Shown here piece by piece: positions 22,981 to 38,155 of a stretch of 64,000 nt of DNA (position 1 is its first letter; every line of letters begins with the position of its first letter). Source of the stretch: Marsupella aquatica. Taxonomy: Eukaryota; Plantae; Marchantiophyta. Under the pieces are notes generated by a model that was not told the origin of the DNA, made no database searches, and saw only the letters and a list, made by a program, of their open reading frames with translations. The stretch lies in assembly GCA_973895155.1 (NCBI GenBank), contig OZ316896.1, forward strand, positions 21,519,643 through 21,583,642, given 5' to 3'. Position numbers and translations under genes: made by a program.

Positions 22981-25900
22981 CACAGCAAAAATGGGAGGCA
23001 CCAACTAAGGCCTGATATGGGTATGAGAAGCCGATGCATATGACCTCGATCAGAAGACATTTGTGGAACTAAGTGCATCAGCAATTTCATATGACAGGCA
23101 CATATGAAGAAGTGCAACATGCACTTGTGGTCTCCACTTATGATGAAGTGCATAACTTGGATAACTGCAGGCTTGGGGTAGCTTCCCAGGAGCCTGCACT
23201 TAGACATGGTAGACTCTACATGATTCTTAATTTGATATTGGTTATCCTAACAATTGAAAAAACTGAAATTTGTCATGAATTATGCCCAATGTTGGGTATA
23301 TGTGACAACATCATTTCATCAAATGTGTAATGGGTCCTTCTTTAAATTAGCCCGATTACCTATTTCTTGAAAGTAAGTAGAGGTGACAACAACAAAAAGA
23401 CATTGCACAAATTACTATTTCCAATAATTCAACTTTGCCCCATCCTTGGTTTCTGTTTGTATCCACATTTTGAATTATCCCCTTAGATTCACAGTTCACC
23501 CCTACCCCTGTTTTTTGTGGGCACTTACTCTCACTTTCAATTATGACCTTAATTGGAGTCACGGTATAGAGACTTCTTTCTAGACAGTGGCCTACGTAGT
23601 AGTTTTTGATTGCAATGATATATTTACTCATATCTTGAATGTGAATAGAAATGATAGCAAAAAAAATAGGAACAAAAAAATTTATTTGCTACTTCTCATC
23701 ATCTTTGCCCCATCCTTGTTTTGTGTTTGCACCTCACTTTTAAGTTATGCCTCTAGTTAGGGTCATCGTCTACAGGTTTGATTCTAGACTATAGGTCGAG
23801 AGCCACAGTCTAAAGGCTTCACTCTACAGATTAGACCTGGGAGTCAGTTTTGATTACGCTCAGTTAGTTAGATTTTGGGTAGTCCATACCAGTCAGAGAA
23901 TCCTGTGCACAAAGCGATTTATGATTTGAGTTACTTCAATTTGCTCGAGCTAGGAGTTAGACATACAAAGTCCCACTGTTACCATTAAAATGAATTGATA
24001 ACTTGTTTAGGATATATGGACAAATATTCTAGACAAAGTATTGATATAATCAAGTGTGACTCAAGTACAGACCGTCTCATTTCCTCTATGCTACTGTGTG
24101 TATTTCTTTGGTGCTATTATTGAACAGTAGAGAACTACTGTAGCCATGGATGCACCCTCACAGTCACAAGACACGACGTACTGCAGTTATATATGGGAAC
24201 TCAATGAGCGCAAGGGGAGACAAATTCATTTGTTTGCAAATGTTCGTAGCTACCCCAACAAACCAGATTGTGAGGATCCCTCAGCATTAAAGGTGATCTA
24301 CAAGCCAACAACTGACTCACATTGCAACACAACACATGTATGTGAGCGTCACGTATTACTTGGGATGCTGTACCCAACTCAACAGAAAATAAAAGGGGTG
24401 TTGCTGACCCAATGGATGGATGGACGGACGGCATGTTTGAAGTTTGTTGGCTGGCTGTTTTGTACCCCCTCAGAGGCAGCAGGAACATTCACCTCAAAGG
24501 GACCCCAGTTCTAGATAAAGATATCTTTTAATTTATTTTCTAAAGTGAATGATGGTAATCGCTAAGTGATTCCAGATCCTTCATGGTCCGCTACAAAATG
24601 TAAACCCACTAATTATGCATTAGATTTTGGCTCATGTACACCCATAATCATCCCATTTCAGCACACCCAGGTGCTGTTGTCGATTGCTTTACTGGATACC
24701 CACAGGGATTTTAAATCCTGGGTTAATCAGAAATTTTCAGATAATCAATATTGCATTTGGTTCAGAAGTTTAAGTAGTGCATGGGTATAAGTCACAAATG
24801 GACATTGGTAAGAGACACTCACAAGATAGACCCATTGCACCACATTATTGATGAGTGGGTTATCCAGACAATTCTGATTTGGGCCACTTTACAAGAATAT
24901 TAAGAGGACCAAAAATTAAAGGCCACTTGTGTTTTACAATACCTGATCCACAGGTCCATCTAACTTGCTATTGACAGCTACTCTTCAGGCCTGTATATTG
25001 TCTAGCATCCGTGAACTAAGCCTCAAGACCATGGATCTGCCGTACATTTGAAGTTGGGGGTTTGAGTGAAAATATAGAGATTGGGGGTAAAGTGAGGGTG
25101 AGATTCTGAAAATAGTTAGGTGGGCTTGAAAGTTTTTACCTAAGTGTATGTTCAAAAAATGTGTACTCGTGCTAATTTAAGCTATCTCCTGATGAAAAAA
25201 TTAGTCAAGTAGTGCATATGTTTAATATTGCACTCACACAGTGAGGATGGACCAAGAGGTCCTTTTAAAATACTATCTCCCCAGAGGTGGTCTAAACTAC
25301 AGCCAAAATTGTATGCTTCACAGATTAAGCATTTTGGGGGATGCACTCTAGTCCATTACGAGTGACCTCTTGATTCATGGAAAGTCAAAATGGACTAGTC
25401 CCTTCTATTAAGTGTTGTGACTACATTGAATGTAGAAGCAAAATCTTGGAAGGGACTACTCAATTGTTATGAGGTATCGTATAATGTGAGCAAACAGGAA
25501 TTTTGTTAGCAAGACACTACTATGGTTGTTTGCTTTTTGCTGCCTTTTATATTTGTTGTGCTTTTATATGACTCAAGATGGCTAGCGAGTTTGCTAGCAA
25601 AAGGAGGAGTCCCAAAATGTATGTTATCAATCAGGTCCTTGTTAGTGAGGGTGGTTGGACATATAAAATTTAGGGGTGATGTGAGGAAAAAAATTCCTCG
25701 TGCAAGGGAAAGTTTTACTGTTTCCTCCCACATCAGAATGACCCAATTGTTATCACACCTTGTAAAAAAACCCCCAAACTCGATAAAGGGACATTTTTAC
25801 TTTGTAGGAGCATTCTTTTTTTAATAATTTTTAAACAATTAAATCCATCGACTCTTTATTAATACTCAACAAGGACCCTGCCTGGGAGGAGGAGGCAGGT

Positions 25901-27479
25901 TCGAATAAGAGAAATTAAGGGGGCTGCAAGAAGAAGCACACCCAGAGAAAAGTGAAAGGGCATACTCCAACCTGATCGCCTAAAGGAAGGAGGTCAATCA
26001 AAAGAGAGGGGAGGACAATTTTACCTCGTAAGAGCATTCTTTAGAAACGAAGTTGGTGCTACTGTGAAAGTCACTTGAATGGTCTAGAAATCATTAGGGT
26101 TTACCCCTCCTACAGGTCACGCTCGGATCTACAGTATGGGGCATCTTGACTAAAAGAACTCAAGCAATCCGTAGCCCTAGATGCAGCCAATCAATTCTTG
26201 GTGCAACAGAAATCTTGCCGGTGGGGTTGGGGAGATGAGAACGACAACATTAGATCAAGCAATTAATTTTAAGGGGCCCAGTAATAAATTTTGGTTGTTG
26301 TTGCACTTGTCTGAGTGCGCTGACCGGTTCCAAATAATAGGACCTGCAAAAAGACAACTTAACCATAGTGAAACTACCCGTTTTTTTGCTGAATAAGGAA
26401 ATTTTATTTAAAAGTATGAAGAACCAGCTAGCAGGGAGGGGAGGGGGGATAGTTTCAGAGTTTAGGGTTTAGAGTAGGCCCAGCAGTAGCATGTATGATT
26501 GAATGCCATAATTGGCAGCAGTGTGACGTATGTGTGACTCGCACTTACATGTTACTACAGAAAATATTCTGAAGTCTGAACATAAAGTGAGAGGGCCAAT
26601 CATGGTCATTTATCCAGCTTGACGGGCTGTGTCCAGCTCAGCAAACTTTTTAAACCTTTTTTTTTTGGCAGATGTTGGTCTATGTGAAGGAGAAAATGTT
26701 AGGACCATTTTCTTATCTGTGTTCTTGAATAATCTCCCTAGATTTAAGGATGACCATAGATTTTGCCAATTGGGTGGTTTGAAACTATGAATGGGAGACA
26801 AACAATGAAATTTTGGCCAAAAGTGACAAAAACTTTTAGAGTAGGTCAAATCTGGCAAAAATTCTCATCTAGAAATAGGCTGGTCCAGGTGGCTTGAGCG
26901 CAAAATTGCCAGTCCTTTGGAGGGAAAAATGCCCAGCCTCCACATTGGGGTCTGTAGGCTGGAGCAAGGTGGAGCTTCAAAATTTGAGCTAATTGGTTGG
27001 TCCTGCTCCCGGTCCAGCTACAGAGTACTCCCGGACAAGCCCAATAGTGTAACAATGATAGTGCTCTTACTTGCATCCCCCATCCCACCTGGAAGCTATT
27101 GAATCGGCTACTGTAGATTGAACCTAAAAAGCAGTAGCTTCCACCCAGACTGTCATAACATTTTTGGGAGCAGTCTGGTGTGCGAATGGCCAGTGTGGGA
27201 CAGTCAGCCCCAAAGGAATTTGGTTCTTGTTATTGCAGGTATGCACACTTGTGACCCCACAGGACATAGTAGACATGATTCGATGATGCCAAAGAAACAA
27301 CAACAACAGTAAAGGGGGAGACAGGCCAAAGCCGAAAAGCAAACGATCCAGAAAGGGGGAAAGAGGAAACATGAAAGAACTCAAGAAGACCAAAGAGGCC
27401 CCACAAACGTAATGAATGTTTGGGGGCTTTCCTGTCTCTACTTTTGAATTGATATGGTTTTAAAATATTGCAATTGACT

Positions 27480-28080
27480 GCTCTGCGCCAGGGAGCTGTA
27501 TTTGGTGGGATTGATCATGTCCTCTAAGCCGAGAACACCACTGTTTACCCTCGGATTCTTTGTGCTTTATCAAGTTCTGTGGATTATCTGGCTGGCGGGC
27601 AATATTCAGACTTTTGATTTGACAAGGAAAAGGAGATTTAATCAAGTGCTTGTTATTTCTGAGACACTCAACCATCTCACTGCCATCGCTGTGGCTGCTG
27701 CGACTATCTGGTGGTAAAGAGCTCCTGATACTTGAACGCAATCAGCTTATGAGGAGTCAAATTGCTTGTGAAGTATCACTCGGTAATGATGCTTTATTCC
27801 CCCCCGGTGCTTGTCATCGGCTTACATTTGTGGGGGACGCCTCTGCTCCCCTTTGGTGTCCTGGGTGGTGTACTTGGCTTTGCTTTAGTGCTGTTTGTCT
27901 CGTGTTTGGGATGACTCTGGGTTGGGGTCCGATCTCCTTGTTTGTAGGGCTTTCCCTCGTCCCTTCTTAAGTATCCTTTGTTTTCTCGCCCTTTAATTGT
28001 GGCTCTTTTGCCTTTTGGCCAGTGGGGTCCCCCATCCATGGGGTTTACGCAGAATAAACATATTTAAAAAAACTAAAAAA
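27480..28080 (+). mobile_element. 5'-truncated L1-like LINE fragment (ORF2 C-terminus, 3' UTR, A-tail)
   Basis: LWIIWLAGNIQTF resembles the L1 ORF2 C-terminal LWxIWxxRNxxxF motif. T-rich 3' UTR, AATAAA at ~28053 and an A-rich tail at 28066-28080. Possible degraded TSD tattgcaattga / tattgaaattgg. Confidence 0.6.
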
Positions 28081-31000
28081 GTATATTGAAATTGGCAGCC
28101 ATTCAAAAATTCAAAGCACATGGTCAGACCCATGTGCCTGGATATTTTTGCATGGTGTCCATGCATCCAGCAAATGTTTTAAATTGTTTTAGAGAGTAAC
28201 TATAGTCTACAACCTGGCTGACTGGTTTATTGTATTCCCTGTCTCATAAAAATGAAATACTCACGGGTCACTAACGAAACGGTCCTCAAGTTGTTTTTTT
28301 AATGATATGGAAAACGCAATAAGAAAAAAACGGGTTCCCACTCCATTGCAGGAATGTTTTATTGTACTTTCTAGTAGAAAGTACTTTGCTTTTCGTCTTT
28401 GGCCATTGAGTCCAATATGATATTAGGAATATCTATCCGTTCCCCGCACATGTGGTGAGGTTATCTCGATGTCGTAGGCATACGTTTATATGGGCGTCCC
28501 AATCCATAAAAGTCACGATGATTCATCCATATCTCCTACAGCACAAGACTTGCCATGAGAATTATGACCAAAACTTGTATGGTAATGGATAGCCCAGAGG
28601 GTCTAGATATAGTGGAGAATGAAGATGAGGCAGGGAATTGTGCCACCTCCTTTCGAATTTTGCATCCAGTTCCAATACACGTAACCAATATATTCCAAAG
28701 CACTACATTGAGACACCCATTATCTGGTAGAATCTTAGAGTTCTAATTCTATTCAAGTTTTAAATATGTATGATAAGAATTCTACACAAATATCTAGACA
28801 AAATAAGCATTCACTTGGACCCACCGCTTTTCATGTAGGGTAGGTAGACACGATACCTGAATGGGCCCCAGTTCTTTTGAAGCCAACTGCAGCCCTTTCT
28901 CAATCATTGAATAGTTCAGATTCAATCTCAGGGAGGATAAAACTAAGACTAGGGGGCCCTACATCTTGTAAAGCCACCCTACCATTCCTTTGCTCATGTG
29001 TCGAGCTCTTGAAAATGTTCAATGACTGAATTACCGAGAAATGCACCTGCAGGCCCACTGTAGTTCTTTAATTAAATAATGAAAATTAACTGAAATGAAG
29101 TGTTTGAAACTAAGATCGACATTTTTTTATTTAATTTATTTTTTGCCCGAAATTGTGCCACCTCCTTTAGTGCAAGCACCTATTGGCTTGTGCCATGCTT
29201 TGGAAGTGTGTTCCTTAATGGAGCTCCAGTCTCACATTGTTTCTTACAAATTAAGTATAGGGTTTGGACCATCGTATTTTGGAATACCTGATATTTGGAA
29301 ATTCTTTAGGGACACTAGCATGCCCTGCCGGTCGAGGCCTGCCTCTATACTTTTACTCCGCAGGTATAAAGAAAACCCTAAATGCCCAACGCTCCTTTCA
29401 ACCCCTGCAGGAAATGTTTTCACTAAACAACCACTCTATAAGTGCATACACTCTCTAAGTCTATATGAACAGTTGTCGGTCAGCACACAATTCCAGACTT
29501 ATATGGTCACTTATTGTTAAAACACAACTGCCCTTCAAAAGCTATGGGTTCCCCTTAGTTACCATTAGAAGAAAATTTTTCCTGAAATTATGGAGTAAAC
29601 TGGCATGCTAGAGAAGAAAAATGATTGAAATGTGGAAAAAGGGAGAGGTCTTGGACACTTCCCCTTATATAGGGCAAGTTGTGGTTTAAGTGCATTTATC
29701 TCCACATATACTAAAAGTTGCATTTATAGGGTAGTGGATCAGGTTTAAGGCAGGGACTCATAATGTTCGGATATTGCAGTGTGGGATTCTTTGTGTCATC
29801 TGGGTACTCTGTAGCATGTATATGTGAATGTGATATGCTGAAATCCCTATTGCTGTTCATTCACTTAGTGGAGTTTGATCTGCCATTGCCAACTATGCAC
29901 ACCTTGGCAACGTTCCCTGTGATACCTTGATAATTGCACATTTAGCAAATAGATCTAACCCACACTCTTATTTATCAGTGCACAGTCCACATTTTTTGCA
30001 ATAACATAGCGCAATCTGCAAACCTGCACTAACACACCAGATGCCTCTTCCTGGCAGTGTGCACTTAGCGAGAGATTACTGTAGTTCTAATGAATTCTCT
30101 TTCCCGGGGTTGCCCGTGTTTGTGTTTTGCATTTTTAAGACGACCAGAGAATAAAGGACTTGTTCCATTTTTCCATTTTCCAAAACATGTCATTACCTGT
30201 CACATTTCCTTCTCTGCCTCGAAATAAAAAAGGAAATTAAACTGAAAGCAATTCCAATCCGCGAATATCTTAATCATCACCGTGTCGTAAGGAATGATGA
30301 TGAGAGACATGGAACGAATTGAATTGCTAGGACCGGTACGTGTACAAGATCCAAGCACGGTGATTTAGGGTGGCGGAGGTTCATTCATATCACACGTCCC
30401 AAAAAGCACAGAATGATACCATTTGTCCTCAGCCAAGATTTCCCGAGAAGAGTAATGATAATATGCCAAGATTTATCGTAGATTTTAGTGGTTTTTTATC
30501 GGGACTGTAGGAATCCATTGTTCATACAGTGTACAGTGGCGCTCTGCAAATCTCTCGCTAAGTTCTGCTAAGTTGGTCCCACCCAAATCAGACTTGCATC
30601 ATGCATTATTTTCCTCATGGACCTACTGTACCTTCCTCCCAACTGCCAGACCATAGATTCTGGCTCGAAAACCATCGCCGAACCTGGTTGCTGGCACCAA
30701 GAAGCATCATGGTGAGAAATCCATTACAATTAATTAGACACCCTCGATCCAGCGTAATTTTTATTTAATGGTTTGTGCATTTTCGCTCCTTTTTGGGTAT
30801 TGACACTTGGTTTCATGGCTCCTGTGTCACTTTTCTGGTTCGTCCGCAGTGTCACATATGTTTTTCGTCACATTTGACGCTGTTACTATGCGAGATCAGA
30901 AGATGCTATATATGAGTATTTATTTAGTTATCTAATCTTCCCACTAATCTGACTTCCTGCTTGACTCTCATTTCTCCCTAGAAATAAGAATGACCATTAG

Positions 31001-34000
31001 ATTCTAGCTAACAGGGTCTGTGTCTAGGTGTGAAGCTTGCTTACGGGTGACAGAAAATCTAGCCAAAAGCTGCAAATACTATTTAGAGAGGTAGAATCTA
31101 GTCTGCCACATTTTTTTTGGTTGGGTGAGCAAGTGGAATCTACTGTAGTGATCCTGCCTTTTCTTTTATTTGTAAGCAGAAGTCCCCCATTTCTGAAAAA
31201 AGATTGTTTATTAAGGTGTTTGATTGCAAACGAAAGTTATTTAAGAAGTGTGAATGATGACTAAGTTCTGGGTAGTAAAAAAATTCCAGGCTAGCAAACA
31301 CCCAGAGGACTCCTGGTCAATAGCATGGCAGAAGGAGTCACATTAACAGGCTCCATGTCCTTGGGGCCCCTTCTCCCAATTCCAGATGAGCATTCTTTGA
31401 AAACTCATTTTATTGCTTACTTCAGGTCCTGCTTTTAATGTTGCCCATTATCACATATTGCTGGATGCACACAGAAAGTTAAAACATAAGGGTGTATGTG
31501 GTACTCTGAATGCTACCTAAGCCCGTACCTAAGGAGTGCAGATCAACACAAGTGCAGTGTTTACTCGAGACTAGTCATACCAAAAACCATAGTCCAGTGG
31601 TAGCAAATCTTCATTGCCACAAATGAAGCCCAGAGTTCAAGCTGCATAGCTAAATCAACTCTGGCACAAACCAAGGCACAAACCGTCATCCAAAAGTGGG
31701 ATTCACCAAAGTTCTTTGCACATAATATACTTGACACTTGAGAAAATTGGAATTAAGTTTAAAAGTCTGGATGGATTGAGGGGTTTGCCCATTCCCATGG
31801 ACTGTGACATACGCTCCTTCACATTACAATTAAAATTCACACTGTCAGGCTGTCTTTGGAAGTAAGTTTCACTTTTGAGAAGGAAGCCATGAGTAGTGTT
31901 TCTAGGTGTCCCCACCAACTGTGATGATGGTTTTAATAGACTTATTTACTTATTTGGACAACTATTTAAGTTCAATTTTTTTAGCATGTTCTCTTATGTA
32001 CAACCTATTATCAGGCAAAGTTTTAGATTTTTCTTAAATGATTGTTTCATTGCCAATGAGTGTAAAAATGGTCAGTTCGTTCACTTTTGTGAAGGATGCC
32101 CGGGAGGACACCCTGAGTAGTTGGTACATGAGTCGTGACTTGCCACCGCGTAGCCAATGGAAACCATCTGTGAACGGTCAGGAGCCTATTATTGAGCTAC
32201 ACTTCAGTCCAAATGGTAACGAGTACTATCCAAGCCTTTTGGATGGTGTGAATCAGTCCATCCCAGCTTTGGAAATGGGGGTTTCATAGCAAACCCCCTC
32301 AGTCCTTCCAAGATCACTTTCTTATATTAAATCTATCACCTAAAAGAAGATGAGTTCAATTAGACAACATTCAAGGGATTAGTATAAATTCAATGAGGGC
32401 ACATTCAACGCGTTTACTTTACTGAGTCACGATAAACTGGAGCTTTATCTTTACCACAATGTAAGTTTATACTCATACAGGCACAATCGAATCAAATCTC
32501 CCATTCAGAGCTCTTCTCGGGTTGGAGACTAGCTGACTCAGGAACAGCTTACTTTATAAGGTTTTTCAAAATTTTGTGTTACCTTCAGTGAAGAAGTAGA
32601 TACTAAGAATATTCTTTATCTAATTGTTTTGGATTACTTTCAGATCCTCAGATCTCCCTAGATAGAAGGATGACTGTTAGATACTGACTTACTAGTGGGG
32701 TCTTTGGCTAGGTCTGTGGCTAGGTGAGAAATTGTCTAACGGAACACAGAAATTCAATTTAATTTCTTCCAAAACTGGCAAGCAGTTTTTCGAGAGATTC
32801 TAGCAAAGGTTTGCCAAAAGGCTAAGACTTTTTAGAAAGGTGGAATCTAGCCAATTCTCCTGACTACAAAAATGCCTGCTCATGATCTCATCTTTGTTCG
32901 CTATCACTCCATTTCTTAAGGCAGGCCAGTCCCATCTTTCGGAGTAAAACTAGAAGAGATCGTCACCACGTAGGGGAATGTCATTATAATTACGTAGTCT
33001 GTGAGTGAGGTTTGGAAAGTAGGGCACCACGTAGGGAAATGTCATCATATTCATGTACAGGAGTCATCTCGTTCAGACTTGGATTCCTTCATTGCTTGAG
33101 TAAGAACCTTGTTAGTTGTGTGGACACTAACGCTTTTGAATTATCTGCAGTATGTAGGTCCAATATGTGTTTACATTCGGGGATGCCCATTGAATGCACG
33201 AAGTGTCCTCCCACATGTAACTCGACCATAAGCCAATGATGATTGAAATCTATTTCTCGGGCTATGATGAGCTTTCTACAACAAGTCTGGATGCTCACTT
33301 GTTAGATTGATGCCCCAGTAAACCTACGCTCCTACAGTAAAGCTCATCATATGGGTGTGCATAGTTCTGCTAGAGGAACTTCAAGCAAATTGCTACAAGT
33401 TACTAACGAAATACTGAATGGGCACCTAAGTTATATTCTGGATACCCACATGCTAGGATGGGTGTTATAATAGAAATGTGATTCTATTAAACCAGCATAT
33501 GGTAAAGCACAAAATGGCACATGCTTATGGATCTCCGGGACCTCTAAAATACTAACTTCATTGGGTCCACACTCCACAAACACTCAACCATACCCTTCAC
33601 ACATCTGCATGCATATTTTCTGGGAGGACTTAGGAGTACCTTCACCCGAGTCAAAAACCGAGACAACAGAACCCAAGAATTCCTTTTTCAGTCCGTTTCT
33701 TTTTGTTAAGGGTGCTGTGAATTCAATTAAGGAATGGTAAGGGATATTTGTGCTTTGATAACTCCAAATATGAACATTCCATTGGTAAAACACTTCTAAC
33801 CTTACCAGCTAATGAGCTCCCAGGAATTCAATCCTATCCGGACCATTGAATTTTTTAGTGGCAAAGATTTGCCAAATTCTACCTGATGAATAATTTTCGC
33901 TCTTTTTGCTTCAAATTTGGCCGGTCTTTGTCTTAGGCTAGTCAATTTGCACCTAGTCATAAATCCCATAGACTGGAATTTGATCGGCATTAATAGCTAT

Positions 34001-34975
34001 ATCCAGGGAGATCTATAGGTCAGAAATGAAATTAATCTAATAGAGTTAGATAAACAAAATTGTCATCATCTTGCCCTTGGCACAATCTAACATTCGCCAC
34101 CTTTGCGCCAGACAAAGAAAGTTAGCCTTAAAAAACACCCTGGCCCTACCCACTTCTAACACGAAGTTCAAGAAAGATTTGCTAAGTGCTAATATTTATC
34201 AGTGTAACTGAAGCCTTTAAAACCTCAAATAAAGTGTCAATAATGCTCAAACCCAGAGGACATTACTAATTGAAACGGTGCTACATTAGATTGTTTTCTC
34301 AACGAATCCAGAAAGGCCTTCTCCAATGTATAATATCAAAAGCATTCATATTTGGTACGGCACAATAAGCCCGTACCATTTCGGGTTCAGCACTTCAGCA
34401 AGCAAGGGTACGCTTCTTTCTGGAGGAGGTTGATCTGATCTGATGCCCGTGTATTAATTGTAAAATGGCAGGCACTCTAGTAGGACCGGTTTGTCATGTG
34501 TGGTGAGGTCGCGAAACTGCAATCGGTTCCAAGGCGTTCATAAAGCACTAAAGCAGGATCTGGGACGACCTCCAGACGGGGGCCCAGGAAGCGTAATAAT
34601 AAGCACAGCAACTGCAGGGCCTCATGACACTGATCTCACTCAGAGATGGAGTTTGGGAGTGGGGCGTACTTGGGAATCCCTGCCATCCACCGCCTTCAAT
34701 GAACTTTTGGCCGCTCCTCCTGTAGTCCTCTCTCGCCCCTTGGGACGACGGTCCCAGCGACGACACAGATTTGCCCGACCTACCTGCCCGTGACGCCTTG
34801 AAGAGTTGAAGGCCCATCATGATTCTGTCCGTTCGTTCGTAGCAATTGGAGTCACTGGTGTGGTACGTGGTAAACTCGTAGTAGTCATTGCTTCGATGCG
34901 ACTCTACATTACGAGGCGGTACTGCAGCGGCGGCAGGCGAGTTTAGGAACGGAAGTCCGGAACACTCAGTCACAG

Positions 34976-35038
34976 ACGGTCTTCGGAAATTTAAGCAACA
35001 ATCATACGGTCTTCGGAAATTTAAGCAACAATCATACG
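34976..35038. repeat. 30-bp tandem duplication
   Basis: acggtcttcggaaatttaagcaacaatcat twice. Confidence 0.9.
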
Positions 35039-36519
35039 ATCTGAGGAAAAAGAGATGATGAGCTGGAACTCATGAGTGACGAGGTGAAGGAAGAGAGTGA
35101 TGAAGCTGAAGATGACATGAAGACCAATGATTTTTTTCACATTGTACCCGAGTTCCAGAATTATGGATCGGTGGGGGGGTGATTTGGAGCAAGAGGTCAT
35201 TTCAAAGCCGGTGAGTTTGCTGGCGCGACTCTGCGAGGGGCCACGGGCGAAAGGGAGTTTGCTGGAACACGCAAGAGTTGTGCTGATGTGCAAACTAAGA
35301 GAAGGTATTTGATTTGCTACTTTGGCAAACCAGTCTGAGTGTGCAAATGTATATTTGACTTGGTTTGTGTTTTGACATTCGGATAGATGTAGATTTAAAG
35401 TGTAGTTTGGCGTGAGAGGGAGAAAAAAAACAAATGCTAAACTCTGGTCAGGAAACCCAAACTCCATCGACTGCTATCAAGACAATTATGCTTTGTTGAA
35501 CAAGAGTTGAACTTACTTGTATATACGCAAGAGAGCAACTTCTCATAGATGTTATTCTACGAGTCTCCTTTGTATAGGGTAACACAGATTTTTGATGACA
35601 AGACTGGGACCAAAGTGAGAGTATGACACCAAGTATGATTCAAAAAATGAAATTGGTACGAAAATATCAGCAAAAGTAAGCTGATAACAAACAATGGCCC
35701 CTTTCAAAACCAACTAAGAGTCATGCGGATATACTTTGCATAAAAGATAATAGCTGAGGATGAGTTTCCTTTTGACCTGGTTTTGGCTGAACTAAGATAT
35801 TGAAAACTCCCTTGTGACATGATCTGGAGGTAGAGTTTGGGGTTTATGGTGAGGGTGACTTTCTAAGACTCTGGGGCAATTCTAACCAAATAATGCAAAT
35901 TGAAGGGCCACTTTAAGTCTAAAGACTGAGCTGTGCTCATGCCCACTGTGCCTTCCCCACCCATTACCTCACCCCCAAACCTTGCTGCCACCCAGGGTCA
36001 AGGTGTAAAGGCTTCACTTTAGCCGAGAGGTTCCCATTGCAAATTATTAAAGCCTAGATAGATTTCAGACCAAAAATCTTTTGAGATGAAGTTCAATAAA
36101 TGCAAATTCTTCCCAAATGTTTGGACCACTTCTAGAGAAAACAGTTCACATCAGTATTTGCTTGGGCCCACTGTTTGACAGGTAGGATCCCTAGAGACCA
36201 TACCTCATGGGCCCCATTTTTGTAAACCCCACTGACCCTTTTCCACGCATTACAAGGTCCTTATTTAATTTAATATAGGAGAATAAAACGAAGTAACTGG
36301 CCCAAGGCCACCAAGGCTAGTAAGCAGTTGATGATATCATTATTGGAATTTAAGCCCAGACACTATGGGGAGGATTCGATGCCTGCCTGCCTCAGCGTGA
36401 TGAGGCTATAGTTACACGGAAAATAGATCTGACTAAGGATTCTGCTTAGAGTCTGATCAGGTGTATATCAGGAGTTAAATCATAGAGTGATACGGAAGGT
36501 AATTGGAGGTCATGTGGGG

Positions 36520-37610
36520 GGACTGGCTGGCTGGCTGGCTGGCTGGCGACAGAAGGCTTTTTAAGAAGTAGTGGAGACATAACAAAATGGATATCCAAGA
36601 GTAAATTGGTTGTGGGTCGTTGAACACCTTTTGGCTCGCCTTTTTTTCGCGTCTTTTCTCCTTTTCCCCACTTGGGATGCCGGAGGTTGTTCAGAAGTCA
36701 GACGGTGAGTCAGCTCCTGGATGTGCAGGGCAGTCGTCACTCATCAGGCCGGTCTGTCTGTAGGGGAAATGGAGGACGAGTGGGGACGGGAATGGTAGGA
36801 CAGTAGTAGTGTTGATCGAGGGGCAGGCCTGCTGCTGCTGCTGCTGATTTGTAGTGCTGACGCCGTGCTACTGCTGCTTTGTTGTTGTTGTTGTTGTGTT
36901 GTTGTCGAGTGCCAGAGAGAAAAAGGAGGAGAGATCTCCGCCGCACATGTCAATGCACCAACAAAGGCTGGCAGCCAAACCCGGGCAGGCACGAAGGCAG
37001 TAGGAGGCGGTGGAAGGGAGAGAGTAGTAGTAGTAGTAGTAGAGAGGGTTGAAGAAGATTGGAAGGAAGCCTCAGTGTGATGCAAGAAAGAAGGCACCGC
37101 GGGCTCAGCTTAGCCTCCACAGATGTGACTTGAGAGTTTTTCGGGCTCCAGCAAGCAAGCAAGCAAGCAAGCGAACAACTCTGCGCAGCCGGGAGTCCAT
37201 TCAAACGAGGGATGGTGGTAGAGTGGTAGAGTGGTAGTAATTGTATGTGGAGTTAGGATGTTTCGACTACACATTGCGATCAAACGCTAGCGTTGTTTGG
37301 AAAGAAGACAGAGGCTGCGAACTTACTCAGCTCCCACTGCACTCCCGCAGCAGCGGATGCGCTTTGTTTGGCTGTTGCTGTTTGTGCTGTGGCTTCTACT
37401 GTATTTCTGGGTATTTTGTTTGAAGGGATTGTACTTAGGACGGAAAGGGTGGGCCACGTGCTCCTGCCGTAAGATTGAGGGCAGATCCTCCTTGGGCCTA
37501 GGAGGTGCTACTGCTGTTGTCCGGTCGTGGTGAAAAACAATCTCGCTGCGAATCTGCTCTTTCGCCCTCCGGACCCTCTTCCTGTCTCTCCTGTCTCTCC
37601 TGTCTCTCTC
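36520..37610. repeat. Microsatellite cluster upstream of the SPL/SPEAR gene (probable promoter/5' UTR)
   Basis: (GGCT)n ~36525, (GCT)n ~36830, (GTT)n ~36880, (GTA)n ~37024, (GCAA)n ~37151, (CCTGTCTCT)n ~37581. Confidence 0.8.
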
Positions 37611-38155
37611 GGATTTCCTGCGGACTACCGTTGGACGTAAAGAGGTGTAGCCAAGGGAAGGTCTTGATTCTTTCTACAGCGGTCAGAGCAGTCAAGCTAT
37701 AAACTCCCCAAGTAGCCAGCCTTGGTTGCGTAATGGGTGCGCACTCCGGTTCTGATTGTCAATAAAGCACCTGTTTATTTTCTACTCAATGCGAATGATG
37801 AGCGACAACAAGAACAACAGCAAGCGGATAGCGTATGGTGTCCTGGTCAATTAGAATTGTTGCCTAGGAAGTCGGATACGAGAAGGAGGAGGAGACGATT
37901 TGCATCTGAAGGTTTTTCCTTTCGTGTGAATAATAGGAATCACTACTTGTGGAGAGGATTATGGTCTTCAGATTTCTGCAAGGAAAAAGCTAAGCGAGAG
38001 AGAGATAAAAGGGAGGAGAGAATTGGTAAGGCGGATTGTGTGCTAATCAGACATCTCGTAGGAAAACCATAGACGACGAAGGGGGAGAAAACTGAGAGAG
38101 GATTTGAGCTTGAGAGCAGATGATGGACGCGTAACGAGCGCAGAACATTCATGGT

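Noticed and set aside
25815-26460. T-runs with reverse AATAAA suggesting 3' ends of minus-strand LINEs
   Set aside because: No recognisable protein motif or TSD to support them
26455-26475. Telomere-like TTTAGGG
   Set aside because: Only one perfect unit
33089-33298. MGIPECKHIL resembling a MULE SWIM zinc finger
   Set aside because: The upstream CxC is missing and no other MULE motifs or TIRs were found
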